A stretch of 64,000 nucleotides of DNA, from the NCBI RefSeq assembly GCF_009834535.1, contig NC_045697.1:77316001-77380000 (forward strand), read 5' to 3'. The translations under genes were made by a program, and so were the position numbers. Source of the stretch: Camelus ferus. Taxonomy: Eukaryota. This document shows positions 63,235 to 64,000 of this stretch, in pieces; the stretch's first letter is position 1; every line of letters begins with the position of its first letter. The notes under the pieces were generated by a model. The model saw nothing but the letters and a program-made list of their open reading frames with translations, was not told where the DNA came from and ran no database searches.

Positions 63235-64000
63235 GTATGTCGGTTTCAAAGCTTGGTCTACTTGGGGGGCGGAGGCGGGGGAGGTGGAGCGGGGTCGAGG
63301 AACCGAGGTTGTGAGTTTTTGTTTGACTGGAAGCCAGTTGCTGAAAGATAGGTCTAGCAGCTCTCTGTCATACGGAGGTTGCTGCTTGGTTGGGGAGTCA
63401 AGTCTACGGAGGGTCTGTAAACTGACTTATAATAGCTGTGCTGTAGTATGTAAGGGGCAGTTCAAGAAAGCTGAAAGACACTTAGAATGCATGGTGGAGA
63501 TTGAACTTTGATTGAAAGGAACACATTAAATAGATAATATGCGCTTACTCCTATTGTACCTATTTCGCAGATAAGAAAACTGTAATTGAGAATTAAGTTT
63601 CTTTGCTAGGATCAAGTGATAAGTGATCTTAAATGATATATTTGAGATACAAGTCATGTTTTCTGACTCCAAAGCCCATGCTTTCAATTGCAGTAAGAGA
63701 AATGAGGAAAAAATTTTGCTTGGAAGGGAAACTACAGCGGAAAAGTCAAGAAAAGGGCCTAATTAGAGCAGTTTTGGAATAATTATCAGTGAGGAAGGAT
63801 GAAAGTCATGGAAAGGTAGACAGATTTGACAGTAGAAGCCTACATCAAAGAGGAAAAAGGATGAACAGAGTCTAATGTAAAGAGTAGGTGGGATTGGTAT
63901 GCAAGATGCTTTAAAGAGGTTAGCGGCTAGAGTCAAAGATTCTAGCCTACAAGCCTAGCCTATAATAGTCCATGCGTGACACTTTGAGAGCATGGTGGAA

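Larger units (their letters stand above)
61990..63310. promoter_or_regulatory. CpG island / GAR1 promoter
   Basis: CpG-rich tract with several ETS cores (CGGAAG/ACTTCC), CRE-like TACGTCAC near 62369-62376 and E-box CACGTG at 62652-62657. Confidence 0.88.

Noticed and set aside
1..64000. A novel multi-gene, CRISPR or defence-type system
   Set aside because: The window is intron-rich mammalian DNA explained by three known syntenic genes and interspersed repeats. The tandem repeats at 7249, 47681, 56640 and 63099 have no spacers.

Overview
Mammalian genomic DNA, not microbial. It is most likely camelid, inferred from four copies of a tRNA-derived SINE resembling the camelid vic-1 family and no recognisable Alu, Bov-tA/BovB, PRE1 or Can-SINE. 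The window is the conserved PLA2G12A-CFI-GAR1 block. It holds PLA2G12A coding exon 1 and its CpG-island promoter (minus, about 1.7-2.55 kb), the complete complement factor I gene CFI (minus, 10435-50054), and the CpG-island promoter and first coding exon of GAR1 (plus, about 62-63.2 kb). For CFI I reconstructed the 13 human-equivalent coding exons with canonical GT-AG ends and consistent phases, plus a probable extra 48-nt exon, giving 1794 nt / 597 aa. The rest is mostly SINE, L1, L2, MIR, LTR and hAT remnants, and nearly all other supplied ORFs are spurious. I found no new multi-gene biological system. The best leads are a +1 frameshift in PLA2G12A exon 1, extra and decaying micro-exons in CFI, an inverted SINE pair abutting a CFI splice acceptor, and a motif-dense solo LTR between the divergent CFI and GAR1 promoters. 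Repeat boundaries and subfamily names are by eye and approximate. Comparisons with human and mouse sequences are from memory.
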